This document shows, piece by piece, positions 63,543 to 64,000 of a stretch of DNA of 64,000 nucleotides (positions are counted from its first letter, which is position 1; each line of letters begins with the position of its first letter). The notes under the pieces were generated by a model. The model was given only the letters and a program-made list of their open reading frames with translations. It did not search any database and was not told the origin of the DNA. This DNA is from Elsinoe ampelina (taxonomy: Eukaryota): positions 227,588 through 291,587 of the forward strand of contig ML992509.1 in the NCBI GenBank assembly GCA_010093995.1. The letters are read 5' to 3'. The position numbers and the translations under genes are program-made.

Positions 63543-64000
63543 GAAGACGATGCAATGTAATGCAGACTGGAAGAGATGCTTTGGATTGACCTACAGCTCC
63601 GTTGTCTCGCCGTCAAGGGGCATAGCTTGTGAGTTCACTCGGTAGGGCGTGGATGGTCAAACTGTGACCTCAGCGGCTGTCCTGGGGGGTACCTTAGTTC
63701 AAGAATACAAGACGGTGTGAGAGCATGGCTAGCTGGACCAGCCTTTGGCTGTCGTAAGAACCATGCAACAGAGCGTATTAAGCACAGAGCTCCATTCAGC
63801 TGCAGTTCAAGAAATGTGGAAGGAAACCAAGCAAGAATCTGCAGATTGCGGCGCGGCTTTCTCTCTCGTAATTCGGCCACGTGATCTCATATGAATGCTC
63901 ATGAGCATGCGACGATGTAAAACCATGATGAGTGCAGATCCATGAGAGAACATAGGTCTCTTCCCATATCTGCCTTGTCTCTGTCTCAATGTAGCCATGT

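Noticed and set aside
63600..64000. Possible gene fragment at the right edge
   Set aside because: Only short ORFs without recognisable features are present, so no call can be supported.

Overview
This is a filamentous ascomycete (Pezizomycotina) genomic window with short GT-AG introns and CTRAC branch sites. It holds about 22 protein-coding genes: a PAS hybrid histidine kinase (cut at the window edge), PFA4 palmitoyltransferase, an AIG1/rolling-stone-like membrane protein, Msb1/Mug8-like, DUF3140, DUF4267, the RLM1 MADS-box factor, an MBL-fold hydrolase, vezatin-like VezA, dihydroorotase, a hypothetical protein, EMC6, PCNA, pyridoxal kinase, dUTPase, a very large acidic DUF3659-type repeat protein, an IQM-like protein, a sulfate permease, a fasciclin protein, DUF1294-like, peflin and a GFA/Mss4-like protein. 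Two AT-rich blocks without long ORFs are transposons inactivated by RIP (repeat-induced point mutation). The first (7246-17864) is a pogo/Fot1-type DD35D TIR element split in its catalytic domain by a full-length Ty3/Gypsy chromovirus (8458-16373). The second (37850-41407) is a Tc1 DD34E element with perfect 34-bp TIRs, an intron-containing transposase and a convergent cargo frame of about 700 codons of unknown function. Other signals are a degenerate 17-bp minisatellite (about 5110-5530), twin MCB-like boxes upstream of PCNA and DUT1, an intron-split PCNA start codon, an unannotated NLS-like first exon of DUT1, and a sharp C-rich to G-rich switch inside several genes. I saw no tRNA, rRNA or CRISPR array. 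All family calls come from motifs recognised by eye; no database search was run. I cannot claim a demonstrably new system. The transposon cargo frames are the best candidates.
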